Below are positions 24,607-37,702 of a DNA stretch of 64,000 nt, in pieces. The stretch comes from Lepidodermella squamata. Its lineage: Eukaryota > Animalia > Gastrotricha. How positions within the stretch are numbered: the first letter of the stretch is position 1; each line of letters starts with the position of its first letter. The stretch lies in assembly GCA_047495785.1 (NCBI GenBank), contig JBLDXI010000046.1:1612001-1676000 (forward strand). The letters are read 5' to 3'. The notes under the pieces are model-generated. The model searched no databases. It worked only from the letters and a program-made list of their open reading frames with translations, and was not told the origin of the DNA. The translations under genes and the position numbers were made by a program.

Positions 24607-25875
24607 ATGCCGCGACCGAACCGCAATGACCAGAAACCGCCGTATTCGTACATTGCGCTAACGGCGATGGCTATTCAAAGTTCGGCGGAGAAGCGCCTTC
24701 CTCTGTCAGATATTTACAAGGTCAGTAAAAAAACCACAGAAAGTCAACTCGAATATTTACGTTTTATTTCATTACAGTATATTATCGACAACTTCCCATT
24801 TTACCGCAAAAATACGTCGAGGTGGCAGAACTCATTGCGCCATAACTTGTCTTTCAACGATTGCTTCATCAAGGTTGGTTTGAAAATTTTGAAAAGTCCG
24901 CCTTAAAAATTCCAAATTTTCATATAAAATCAGCCTAATTTTTATTTTCTAACGTTTTTTTTATCGAATTTACTACCGAAATTATTTTTTTGTATTGTCT
25001 TGACCTAATTTAAGCTAATATTTAAATTTTTTTATTGCTTTCAGATACCGCGTTGTCCGCAGAACCCGGGTAAGGGGTGCTACTGGGCGATTCACCCTGA
25101 TGCGGAGAATATGTTCCAGAACGGGTCGTTTCTGCGCCGCCGCAAGCGCTTCAAGCTGGGCGGCGGTCTCCGGGGCGACGACGACGACGGCGCCGACAGC
25201 CCGAGCCAGGACGCGCTCATGCTCGCTATGAGCCGATCGTCATCGTGCGCCGCGCGTCTCGCCGGCGCCAACGACGGCTACACGGACGACGACGACGGCG
25301 AGGATGAAGATGTCGACGTGATATCGGCGGGCGGGTCGGCCGGGCTCGGCTCGCACAACTCACCGGCGGCGCACCACTTCACCGCCGGCTCGCGCCTGTG
25401 CCACTCCTCGTCACCCATCTCGCCCGCGCCCAGCCCGCCCAACAAGGCCGAATCAGGGGCGAAAAAGCCGCGTCTCGACAATCATCAGTTCCAACAGCAG
25501 CAACAACAACTCGCCTTCCGCCCGCCGCCCATGCCTGGCCAACCCGCGACTGGGCTGCTATCAGCCAACCCAGGCCTGCCGTTCCTGTTCGCGAACCCTG
25601 GCGGCGCGGCGCCGAACCTACCTCAGCTGCTGTACGCGGCGTCTCTGGCGTCGGCCAAGCCAGCGCCCGTCGCCCCCAGCAGCTTCTCGATCTCGTCGAT
25701 CCTCGGCCTGAAGCCGGCGCCACAGCCGCAGCCCATGTTCCAACCTGGGCCGTTCTCCGAGGTCCTACTCCAGCTGATGGCGGCGCAGCAGGCTAACCCA
25801 CTCGAGCACCAACACCAGCAGCAGCAACAACTCGCAAACTTATTCCGGATGGCGTGTTCACAAAACGCGCTCTGA
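24607..25875 (+). CDS. foxB: Forkhead box B transcription factor (346 aa, 3 exons)
   Basis: Exons 24607-24720, 24778-24873, 25045-25875. [26 protein letters not shown]...[30 protein letters not shown]...[10 protein letters not shown]...[15 protein letters not shown]. The N-terminal [12 protein letters not shown] is diagnostic of FoxB; C-terminal eh1 motif FSISSIL. Confidence 0.93.
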
Positions 25876-27033
25876 AATAATTATCATTATATTATTATTA
25901 TTTGTTTTGTTTGTGTAAATCTGCGCACTTATAATATCGGCAGCAATATATTTCGGCCTTTTTCCAACTCGCACTGGATAATTATAATAATATCAGCCGA
26001 TTATCATCATCATCATCATCACAACGCGAGCCTTTTTTTATGAAAAAAAATCTAATCATCCACCTTATATATAATAAATGTCGTGTTTTGAGTGGCACGC
26101 TAAAATGAGACGGCGATTATCAAAACTTTTCTTCATCTTCTCTTTTGTGTAAATATTTCAACGACAACTCATGCGCAATGATCAAACTCATCACCTGCGT
26201 TCAAAAATCTTAACTCATATAATACCTAATAATAATAATAATATTGAAAGATTGGAAAAATAACTTTTAATCACCTAAAATATGTTATGTATCGGGCAAT
26301 CATTTTGCGGTTCGTGGAATTTTTTTTCGTTTCTTTTTTATACGGATTGATTGAATATACCTATATAAAAGCAAGGCGGCTGCATTTATTTCAAATAAAG
26401 ACAGCGCACTATCTGATAAGTTACTCAAATGTTTAAAACGCTATGATGTCTATTGTCGTGCTCATCACTTGAAAAAAGTAATCATATATTATATTGATGT
26501 ATTATTAGTTTCGAAAAGTGGTGACTATTCATGCGTTTTCCTTTGAATGTCTCGAGATGATGATGAGAACAGGGACAATTTTGTGTTTAAATTTGCGAGA
26601 CGATGTTTTCCAGAAAATCAAACTTGATAAATTGCTGTAAAAAAATGACGAATAATTATATATCAAAATCGATGTTAATACTATATTATTTACTGATTCA
26701 CTGTGCATAAAACGAGATGGATTTTTGAGAACAAGAAGTTTATTTACTCGACATTTTTTCGTTGAGAAAACATTCGTTTTGACATGCGTTGCGTTAACTT
26801 GCGATCAGCAACATATACTTAAAATATTATCGCTATGCTACTTACACCTGATCGGGAATATTTTCATTTATTCTGTTTTGTGGCATCAGGCGCGATCCGA
26901 AGAGCTATTAATAAAAAATTGAAAACATTTTTAATCTGTATTTCGTATCTATATCTAAATTTTATTACTCGGTGTACCAAATTGCCGAAATAACGAACAT
27001 GTGACACAAGAGATTGCGGAACCTAGCTAAAAC

Positions 27034-28072
27034 CATAGAGATGATAGAGTGCTCACTCGCAGCTAAGAGGGTGGAACGCTATGGGCACCAGATGGCAGGG
27101 GATTAACTCATTGTCCTGGGGGAAGAAAATGAACTAATTACAATTCGATCGATTGCACTTATCGATCGATTTTTCGCTTCGATTGCTGGGGCCTAAGCCG
27201 AGCGTCGGGTCATTTAAACTTTGGAAGACGGCGGATTTTTCGATACCAAATTTGCCCAGGTAGCTTTTTTAGAAGTGGTCGAAAAACGACCGAGAAGTCA
27301 ACATCCACTTTGAACCCTGACCCTTTGGAGCGGTCCACAACTGAGACTAAGGTAAAATTGAAAGATGTTTCGGAGCCATTTTGTTCGCCAGGTCGAGACG
27401 ATCATTTTGACACCTGATTTAGATCTGGGGACGCCATATTTTGATCGCTACGTTTTTTCGAAATTAAAATACCTTAAAAATCTATTTATTTGCCGTTTAT
27501 TTAAAAAAATTGAAGCTAAAAAGCATTGTTGCGTAATATTTTGAGAAAAAGCTGTTTTGCGCCAAATTTTGGATTTGAGAGATTTTATGGCGATGAATCA
27601 TCGTCGTGTCAGCGTCGTTCACGCAAATAAAAGGTATTTTTATTTCGAAAATTTGTAGCGATCGAAATATGGCGTCCCCAGATCTAAATCAGGTGTCAAA
27701 ATGATCGTCTCGACCTGGCGAACAAAATGGCTTCAATACATCCTTCAATTTCACCTTGCTTTCAGGTGTTAAGCACCTGGTAAGAGAAATGCGATTTTCT
27801 CAATTCTACTTCTCGGCCACCTTTCAACCAGTTCTGAAAAGATTTGTGGACCAAATTTGGTACCAAAAAATTCGCCCTCTTTCAAAGTTTAAATGACCCG
27901 ACGCTCGGCTTCGGCCCCAGCAATCGGAGCGAGAAATCGATCGATAAGTGCAATCGATCGAATTGTAATTAGTTCATTTTCTTCCCCCAGGACAATGAGT
28001 TAATCCCCTGCCATCTGGTGCCCATAGCGTTCCACCCTCTTAGCTGCGAGTGAGCACTCTATCATCTCTATG
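27034..28072. mobile_element. Foldback-type non-autonomous TIR element (1039 bp), P-element/hAT-like
   Basis: Arms of ~440 bp beginning CATAGAGATGATAGAGTGCTCACTCGCAGC; 8-bp TSD GCTAAAAC at 27026-27033 and 28073-28080. Confidence 0.92.
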
Positions 28073-31000
28073 GCTAAAACTGATTCCCAATTGCCGCCTC
28101 CGAGCTCCAAAATGAAAGAATAAAAGATTTCGTCGTGGCAGGGAGATAATGTGCTATAAACCGAAGGTGAATTTTCGAGATAAACAACCAAACGTTGTCT
28201 ATAACCAGTAGTAATGATGACATTTTTACGGATTTCCTATTACCAGACATAGGCTTTCATGGCGTTTTTTTGACGTTCAAATTAAAAAAAAATCACTGTT
28301 CCACTGGGGCGTGGTTCGGGTTTTAGCGGTACCGTACAGAGGTACCATTTTGTCCAGTACAAATTGCCCACACTTGTTTCATCTGTCGGCCGACTTTTGG
28401 AGACAAAATTCGGGGAAAATGTGCCAAATAGCGTCAAATATATACTCGCTTATAGCCACCCCTTGCACAGAGCAGTAAAAAACGCCAATTTTCGCCAATT
28501 TTTGATGACCTGATTCATGGCGTTGCCTTCTTCCCAAAAAAACAAACGACTGGACGAGATTGGCGTCAAATTTTCCTCTCATGTTCTTCTTCTTCTAGCT
28601 TCCAATTTGCAGGGTATTAATTTTGAGAAGCTTTCAAAAAATAAGCGGCTCGCTCTTAGTTTTCTGCAAACCTGATGGATGATCAAATTATTGGTGAATC
28701 CAGCATTACCCCACAAAGCTAAAATGATAACGAGTGTTTGCTTCTTTCCATCACAGTCCAATTAAAATAAAAAATATCTAGGTAATTCCTCTAGCGTATT
28801 ACAGGAGCTCAGATTACAAAATGATGAGAGTCGCACAAAAATTTAGCATTCTATTTGAAGCTAACAATCTGCCGGATAGACGGTGCAAATAGTTTATTAA
28901 AGGAGCTCAAATTACGACATGATCAGTGAAGTGAGGAATCTCGCTAGACATTCAAAAATTGTGATGGAATCAAGCAGTGAAGTGTTTCTACGTCTACCTG
29001 AATCGAGAAGACTTTTCGGCGACAATTTGGGATTTCCCATTTCTTACGGAGGATGGGGGCCTCCAAGAGGTCTGCACTTTGAAAATTCAAAATCATCAAG
29101 AAAAACTGGTTAAGAATGTGGTGAAATCAACTAATAGTTCCTTTTTAGGCCAACAGTCGTTTTGCAATTAGCTGGAAAATACGGAAAATTCGAATTAATA
29201 AAGATATTTTCAGAGTATCAAACAAGCTGCTAAAATCAACGAATGCTAAACACAGTTTGCTAATACATCTGTAATTTTTGGGATAGTTTTTTTCGAAAAT
29301 CGGAACTAGTATAACGCGCTTCCTAGTGCTGGTGCAGAGTCTAGTAATATCGATGTTAGTTTCGCTAGAAAAGGATATAGCCACTCCTTAGATTTTACAT
29401 TAATTAGATAGCGGTAGTCGAAAAACGAAGTCTCATCTTCGCTTTTCCATAGACTTTCCTCTTCGTGACGAAAAGTCAATACTGTTTCCGGTTTGAAGAG
29501 GGCGAAGGTGAAGAATGACCATCAGGCACACCCTAAGTAGAAGATCCTGCTTTTACTATAAAATTTATCATTTTCAATCGAGTTAGCTACCATTCGCCTT
29601 CTTCAAAAGAGAAAAATTTAGGTATAAAAATAGGTTAGGTATAAATTATGTTCAGCAGTCATTCTTCGTCAGTCACGAGACCTAATAATGCGACCTAAAT
29701 GTTTTGCCGTTGTTTTTCTACAATGCGGCTGAATTCGATCAGCCCTTCGCTGGAGCTGGTCGGATGTCTATATTAGGAATGTGGTTTATTTTTACTCGAC
29801 ACCTGCTATCGATCGGATTCAACCTGATTCAATTGTATTCAGGCTATTTCTTGAGTGACTAATTTTTCGAGGTCGATAAAAACTAAATATTATCAATTAT
29901 TAAAGAAGGCAATTTTCTCGATAATTTGTCTGAAATACTTCTCTGCTTTCTTTTCAGCTATGCTTCTTGCAGTTTAGATTATGCATGATTTTTCAAATTA
30001 TATCCAAGTATATAGCTTATTCGATACCAGAACGACGCCAATCTAAGGAGAGCGACGCAGTAGGCTAATGAATTTCACAGAAAGCAGCTTGAAATCCTCT
30101 GATAATCCGCACCCTGACTAGCAAACAGGCGAGAACTTCAAGCATTCATATTTCAGTTTCTCCCATGTGCCGTTTTCCGCATCATATAACTCGCACGTGA
30201 GCGGTAAGCCGCAATACAATGATGGCCATTAGGGCGCAATAATTACTGCCTTTTCGCACCGTGTTTGCCAGTGAATCCCACCAAATATCGTAATGAAACG
30301 TCGGCTGAGGGGTGATATAAAATGAGCGGCGAAAACGCGGTCATCAAATCTCGTTTGGCATTTTACATGGCTTGAGTAGAATAAATTTTTATGAGCTTGA
30401 CCCCACTTTGCGATCTCGGGCAGCCTTTATTAGGGGCTGTCTAATATTACTCATTCTGGTGGCTTTAGTGCGCTTTTTGTCGCGCCGACGCCCCGGCGCC
30501 CCTGTGCGCGATGGCGGGCCTCGTGCTAATCAACTATCAATGCTATAATAACGCCTTGCAATATAAAACATTCAAGGAAAAAATTACGCTAGTTATTTCT
30601 CAAACATGCTTGCGTACGGACAGTGGAATAAAATCGGCCCGATATGATAATTTCGACCACTTCTTCGACGCTCAATTAACTAATTGCGATTTTTCCTCAA
30701 TACACAAATTCTTACTCATACTAAATGCAGAAACGATGAGGAATGCAAACAGACTTTCTTGCTATTTTGGCTATTGGCTATTTTTACTACTAATACTCAA
30801 AGACTCGACTTTAACTTGATTCCATTTATATGCTGAGGTGTGATTTTTTAGGATTTCTGTCATCTAAATTTTTTTATTGTTATAATACTTGCTATTTCTT
30901 CAATGCGATAGAAACCAGTCCGTTAGAAGCCTATTGATTGGCGCCGTATGGGCTTATGCTTTATAGAAGCTTCCATTGCTGTGCCGATCAATTGGTATAA

Positions 31001-31778
31001 ATGTCTTTACGAAAAACTTCGTTGTTGAAGAAAATATCAGAGAAAAACAATTTTTTCTCATTTTCTTTCTATACTATATACATTTTTGCACCCATATTCT
31101 CAGCCAAAACGAAGAATTTCGAAATTTTATAGAAAATTGGGCGTGCTCAGTGTACACGCTAAATTTAGCGTTCCAGCACTAAATTTGGGACTTCAGCTCT
31201 AGATTTCCCCAAAACATTGTTTTTTCGAGTTTCAGGTCTTCACTAGTAACTCAATTTTTGTTAGCCTTTTTTTATTTTATTTATTAGGCATCATATAGCT
31301 AAATTGGAAAATCCCATGTTCAGGAAGGGCATCATTATCGACCAAGAAACCAATAAGCCGAAATCGCAAAAAAATCACAAAAATTTGGTGCCAATTAGCT
31401 TAATTTTAGAGCTGGAACCTCATGTTTAGTGTTGCAAATATTTCGACTCATTGAAAATGCCATACGAGGCACAGTCGATGCTTCTTCTACGACCGAAAAC
31501 AAATCGCAATATCGAGCTGAAAAATTTCTCAGAAGCTAAACATAACCGTTTAGCTCCAATATGTCTTCCGTGATGAAAAATGTTGGTCGAAATATTTGGC
31601 CAACATTTTTTGCATAGAATGTGGCCTCGATTTCTCGAAAATATTTTTTTTCCGCTAAGCGGCTATTTTGGTTTCTTTGCGTTACAGCGTTTCGCGAGTG
31701 GAATTTAAAATAAGAATAATCAGAAAATCAGACAAGTTTTTGCTGTGTGATAATAATTTTAGTTGTTACACTAACGGT

Positions 31779-34700
31779 ATGACCGCGGACGAGAGCAGCT
31801 GGCAGGCAATCGCTACCGAGTTGTGCGCATCTACGGGCGTGGAAAATGATGATTTCGATCAACGTGTCTATGTTACCATCAGCCCTGTAGTGCTTGCGCT
31901 GGGGCTTTGCGGCAATCTTTTGGTGCTAGTAATTTTTCTGGTGCAACGCTTTCGGCGCTATCCGATAGCAGCTTTAATCAACTCGCAGGCAATAACCAGC
32001 TTATTCAGTCTTTTCATTGGTAAGAAACCTCGCCGGTCAGCACTGCTTGGCTATGCTGAGTTAATTGTTTTATAACGCATGGCAGGTCTATTCCTCGGTG
32101 ACTACTTTCGAGCGCTGTCGAATTTTGATTTTCAAAGGCAATTCGGCAAATGGGGTGAGCGAATTTTTATTCATAAAATTATTCATCGTGAAAGTTAGTG
32201 CGGAACCGAAGTCAAGATTTTTGAATTCATCAATTTTATCTGAAAATATCACCTGAACAGTGTCATTCATCGCGCATCAAAATATTTTTACAGTATGATT
32301 TTTTCTTTTTCAAAATTGTTGGGCACACCTATGTCCTGCGACCAGATGAAACATGATGAAACGAATTTCCTTGAAATTAGCTTGTAAAGATTCTACTTCC
32401 CAAAAATCGATTATAACTAACAATTATTGTTTTAATCTTAGCCTAAATTAGGAGGACACTGTATGCGAATTTATCTCATGTCGCTTCGTTATTTCTAGGT
32501 TGCTGGATGCACTCTTCAATCACGCACTCGCTACGTTTCGCCACATCTTATCACTATGTGGCCATGAACGTCTTTCGCCTGCTTTTCAGCATACGCCCAG
32601 CTTACTTCCGCTGCTTCGCTTGCCGTCTACCTGTCTACTGTGTCGTCATCTTGATTCATCTCGTTGTCCTTGTTGTCATTGGCAAATCAATGTGGCCACT
32701 CGCCTCTGATGAAGCTACCGGCAGCGCAACTCTTGCTCTCACGGGCAATTACACAGTATCTGGCTCAAACCATGACGTCTGGAACGCTTCGTCAATCTTC
32801 GCCCAATCGAACAGAAAATCATCGAAATCGATGTGCAGGTATGCCAACTTTCCACTGTTAATGTGTTCGCATCGCTGCAATCGGTTCTCAAAAATGTCAT
32901 TTAATTCTTCATCGCGTAATCGTCAGAATTATTCCAGTTTTTTATTTTTCGAGGGAAAAGCACGAAGAGAACGATAAAAACGACGGTCGTGAATTGCGAA
33001 AATACGAAAATTTGAAGATTTATTTCCGAATAACGTTGAATTAAATAAAAAATTGGCGGTGCAGTTATCATTCGCGTACTTTTCGAAAACAGAGTTCTAG
33101 TTTTCCATTTTCCGAGTATCGAAGTTGAAAATATTCCACAGTTTTGTTTGATTGGTTAGTTTTTTTTGATGGTCGAAATAGGTTTACAATCGCTTCGCAG
33201 GTGATCATATTTAATAGCAAGCTGCGAAGGAAAACGGTCATTTCCCGTTTGGGTTTTACCTATTTCGATCAGGGGGCATTTTATTAGTTTCTAAGAACAG
33301 TTTACATTGAAAAATTGACAATTGAGAGATGAGTCATTTTTTGTTAAGCTTTGTGAGCTGATTTTTTTCGGCTGATTTTGCACGTAGAAGTAATAAATGG
33401 CCAATTTCGCTGTTGTTAGCTCTTCGATCAAAATAGGCAAAGCCCCATCGGGAAAATGAGAGGGCGTAGTCAAAATTTTACGGGCTATCCGATGATATAA
33501 ACAAATCGGAAATCGGAAGTTGCGGGAATCGGTCAAAATCGCTTTATCTGAAACGAGGGCAAATCGATTTACAACATGTTCTGCCAGGTGGGCTGGTACG
33601 GCGAGATTGTAGTCAAACTGCTCCTTGCGCTGGCGCGGATCAGCTCAGGCAAAAAGATCGGGCAGAAAATGATTAATTTTGAGAGAAATCGGCGGAAAGG
33701 TGTCTGTTAAAACTAAGGACATTTTTTTCAAAATGAAGCAGAATGTAAATAGAGGGTTAGAAGTTTCGGGAGATGGACCCCTGGGGGTTTTCGAAGGTGC
33801 TGAACGAGATTCCGTAAAAAATCAGGGGTCAAAGGTTTTGGTGAGCATCTCGATGACCTCGATCAGACGCTTTGGAAAACAATGACCCAATTCACTCAAT
33901 GTTTTTCGAATTAGTTCAGAACACTTCAGCAGTACCATTCGACTGAAGGCAGTAATGACCTAAGTGGCCCAAAGTTGAAAAGTTGAAAGTTAAAAATTGC
34001 AACCATTGCAACAATTTTATGAATAATTCTAATAATAATTTATTATAATCCGGAAAACAACGGTACAGAACTTGCGAAATAAATGTGCAAGTGGGAAATG
34101 TGGAAGTAATTCAAAATTCAAGCAAAAAATTATTCATAATAATACCAATAAATCCGTCGTAAAAACTGAACTGGTTTACAAGTTGGCAAACATTGGTATA
34201 GTGAATATAACATCCACGAACAATCATCGATCAATCACGAAGAAAATTGATAAAATCAGCTATAAATTCGAGAAATTCAGAGAAAATTCGGTATCGAAAA
34301 ATGCGGAGAATTTTCCCGTCGTACAGACGATTTACTCCATCTGTTTTTATTTCTTTAGGCTTTCCTGTCTCACCTTTCTCGAGCAATGGGGAGTTGGTGA
34401 TATGTGTATAGTTTTCATCATTCCATTCGCATTTGTTTTTGCGAACACATTCGCTATTCCGGTTTTCATTCGGCGTCGAGTCCAGTTCGATGCGCAGGGT
34501 CGCTGCAGCTTCGGCGGTGTTTTTGGCTGCGCAGTCAACCGTGTTAATGACGACTCGGTATGTATTTCTTTACTTTTTAAAGTTTTACTATTTTTGCTAC
34601 ATTATGTTTTATTCGAAAATTCAGAATTATGTGAGCCCAAGATCTAACTAGATGTGAGAACCAAATAATAATTGATTTTTCATTAAAAGTGTGCCATCCA

Positions 34701-37700
34701 TTTTCGACGCCGAAAATATAGTAGTAGAGAAACGCGATAGGTTGATCTATTGTCTGACGTTAACGATGCCTGATATTTAGAAAAAAGATGTAGGGTATTT
34801 TCAGGGGCTAATTTTTTAGCTATCGCCCATCACTTGAGATCCTTCTCATTGCTTTTACAACCATGATCAAAGTTTTTGTTTTACTTAATATTTACGCGTT
34901 TTTGACTATTAGTTCTTAGAGTTGCGCATAGGTGGAATTTTTCTAATGAGCACTCTAACTTCGCCTGTTTGGAGGGAGAAAGTTTTCCATGTCGCTTTTG
35001 TTATTGAAAATGCCAATTGTTTGATCGATTTGATCGATCTGAATCCGAAGCTTCCTTACCTTTCTGAAAGGTTCCACTAATTTATCAGCCAAAAGCACAA
35101 GTCAGCTACGTGCTCAACGTGTAATTCTATTTTCAATAATTTCTTCGCAATCGATGATTGTTAACGCTTTCAAGATAAGACGTAATATCTCAATCCGAAG
35201 CAAGTTTCGTCCCAATCAAGTCAGACTGGGTCACAGTTTTGCTTCTTTGGTAGCCGGTTTTTGAACCAGTTTCCAACTTCGTAGGTATTTAATGATGAGG
35301 TTTCAAGGTTGCAGAAACCCAAACGATTCCGTAATTGAACTGGAATGAGCAACAATTAATAGACTACTCGACCAGGTCGAATCTGTCCTTCCAATGCTTA
35401 CTCATTTTCAAATCTAAAATATTTAGCGCAAAATATTTAAAATTATCCTCAACTGTCACCCCTGCACTCTTAGAAAAATTATGCATTAATTCCAATAAAA
35501 ATGATATACCGTACTGCCCGGAACAAAAACCATGACATTTGTTTTTTTCAAACGCTGATGAACCCCTGACATTTAAAAGGGACTGACATTTATTTCGGGT
35601 CTGACATTTATTTATTCGAACCAACTAGTAACTTGCCTGGGTACCAAAATGGCATATATTTTCCTGAGATCCTACGTATTTTGACCCAAAAAATTGGTCA
35701 CTGACCTTTCTATAAGCCAAGAGTAGAAATTATCTCCATTCAGAATGGCTATAATGACCTCATTAGTGATCTTCAGTATAGTCCCTGCAATTGACCTGAC
35801 ATTTATTTCGGGCCTGACATTTATTATTTCGAACGACCTCTAACCTCTGACATTTATTTGAGGCTGCCATTTATTTGAGGCTGGCTTTTTTTCGGGCAGT
35901 ACGGTAATTTAAATTAAATTGAATAAATAATGCATTATTGATGATTTTTTGAGTAATGCATTATCAACTTCCAAATATCTTCCAAAATAATGATTCATTT
36001 CCCTAGAGTGTGTCATGGAAATATATTTATTTAACTATGAATTTACTGACCCTTATTTACAGCTTACATGCGCCGAATTTCGAGGATTAAAATTTTTTCA
36101 GGTCGAATTATGGCTAAACGTCTTATGAATTGGACATTCGCCCTGAAATTGTCAATTAAATTTGAAATTAATAGCCAAAAAGGATGAAACCCAAACTTAA
36201 CTCGGCTTGGAGTATAGTCAGAAAAATATATCAACGTTGCATTGGTTTCACATCTGCCTTATTCATCTCCGCTTGATGTTTCCCGCCAATATACTCAGCG
36301 CTTATTATTTATTTATTTATTTATTTATTCAAGTGCCTAAATCCTAAGTTGAGAGCACGATATCAAAAAGGTTTCGAGTGGTATAAAAGTGGCAGAAAAT
36401 TCTAATCGTATTTCAGTCCGTTTCAGTGTGTGATAATTATTACTAAAGGCTTCAATTTTTGTTATTTATTTAGAGAGCTTCAGCAATGACGATGGATGGT
36501 TTCGATGCCATTTCAAGTCATCGGCTAAGATCCGGAACGAATCGTTTGCCGGCCGATACACGGGTTGACATCGATTACAAAACTGTGATGGCTATGCTCT
36601 ATTATCAAGACGTCGCCTTCCTAGCTCTCGATCTTCCTGTCTTGGTCTACTTTTTGGTGCTGTTTTTTCCACCTCCAGGTAAAACTGATTAAGAATTTAT
36701 TTTTTGAGGCACAACGAGGGAAAACGAAGTTTAGTTTCGACGAGTCAGTTAACAATAGCTGTGTGGCGGAGACATAGGGTAAAGTACCGTAAATCTGAAA
36801 AAAATTGTTCCTGATTTTTGATATCGAAGAACCGAGCTCGCGGAGGGCCCATTTTTTGCCAGTAGGTGCCTTGACCTTCCAACTGCGTAACCCCAAAAGG
36901 AAATTTTCGAAACTTCACCATCGTTGCGCAGCAGCTGCCGTAGACAATCGCGCCACCGTTTTTGCGATTTAGGGCAAAATGGCCTCAATTATGCAACGCA
37001 TTTCTCGTTTTCATCCTAAACTGCTAACTCACTCAAATTTGCTCCAATTTATATTTAGCTATCAGTATGGTAATAACGGTAAAGTATTGAACCTCATTCT
37101 TAACCACTTTGAATTAAGTGAGACTTATTTCTATCGTCACCAGCGTATTCTACGGCATCGATTTACCTATGAATTGACGTTTCAGAAAAATTAAAGCAAA
37201 TTTGAGTGAGTTGGCAGTTTAGGACGAGAAAAGTGTATTTTCGGTCTCCAATGACAGCATCTGATATGATGTACCTTTCGCCGTCTCTTTGCGAATACTA
37301 TATGTAACCTGTTATAATCGTATCACCATTTCGACAGGTTACACGTCTTTGACGCTGAAATGGTTGTACGCGCTGCAGCCGTTTGTTAACATGATCATTT
37401 ACGCCATGAATGTCGCACCCTCTCTAATCTACGTCCTTACTCGCAAACGTGCTGGCCATTCGACTGGGAGAAATTATGGCTTGTCGATGCGGGAGCTTTC
37501 ACAGCAGCAGCTGAGCGCATCAGAAATCAGAGAGCCGAATTTCTCAGTCGCTGCATCAGCTGTGCCCTCGAATGTGGATGTGGCTTCGACTACGGGACTC
37601 AAGAACTTCGAAGAATGGAGCAGCGATGAAAGTGAAATGAATGATTTCCGCCCAGATGATGTCGACCATTTAGTAGCTGCGATTACGGGCGATGAGGTTT

Positions 37701-37702
37701 GA
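31779..37702 (+). CDS. Orphan class-A (rhodopsin-like, peptide/chemoreceptor-type) GPCR, 6 exons
   Basis: Exons 31779-32019, 32086-32154, 32499-32838, 34359-34557, 36474-36678, 37338-37702. TM1 LGLCGNLLVLVIF; ECL1 FGKWGC; TM3 end AMNVFRL (DRY replaced); TM5 FIIPFAFVFAN; TM6 FLALDLP; TM7 MNVAPSLIYV. Confidence 0.82.
35509..35904. mobile_element. Tc1/mariner/pogo-type MITE in a GPCR intron
   Basis: TA|CCGTACTGCCCG...CGGGCAGTACGG|TA; internal CTGACATTTATTT repeats. Confidence 0.75.
37009..37230. mobile_element. MITE relic in a GPCR intron
   Basis: Inverted arms TCCTAAACTGCTAACTCACTCAAATTTGCT / AGCAAATTTGAGTGAGTTGGCAGTTTAGGA. Confidence 0.55.

Noticed and set aside
25278-25796. Overlapping ORFs within FoxB exon 3
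   Set aside because: Shadow frames of a GC-rich exon.
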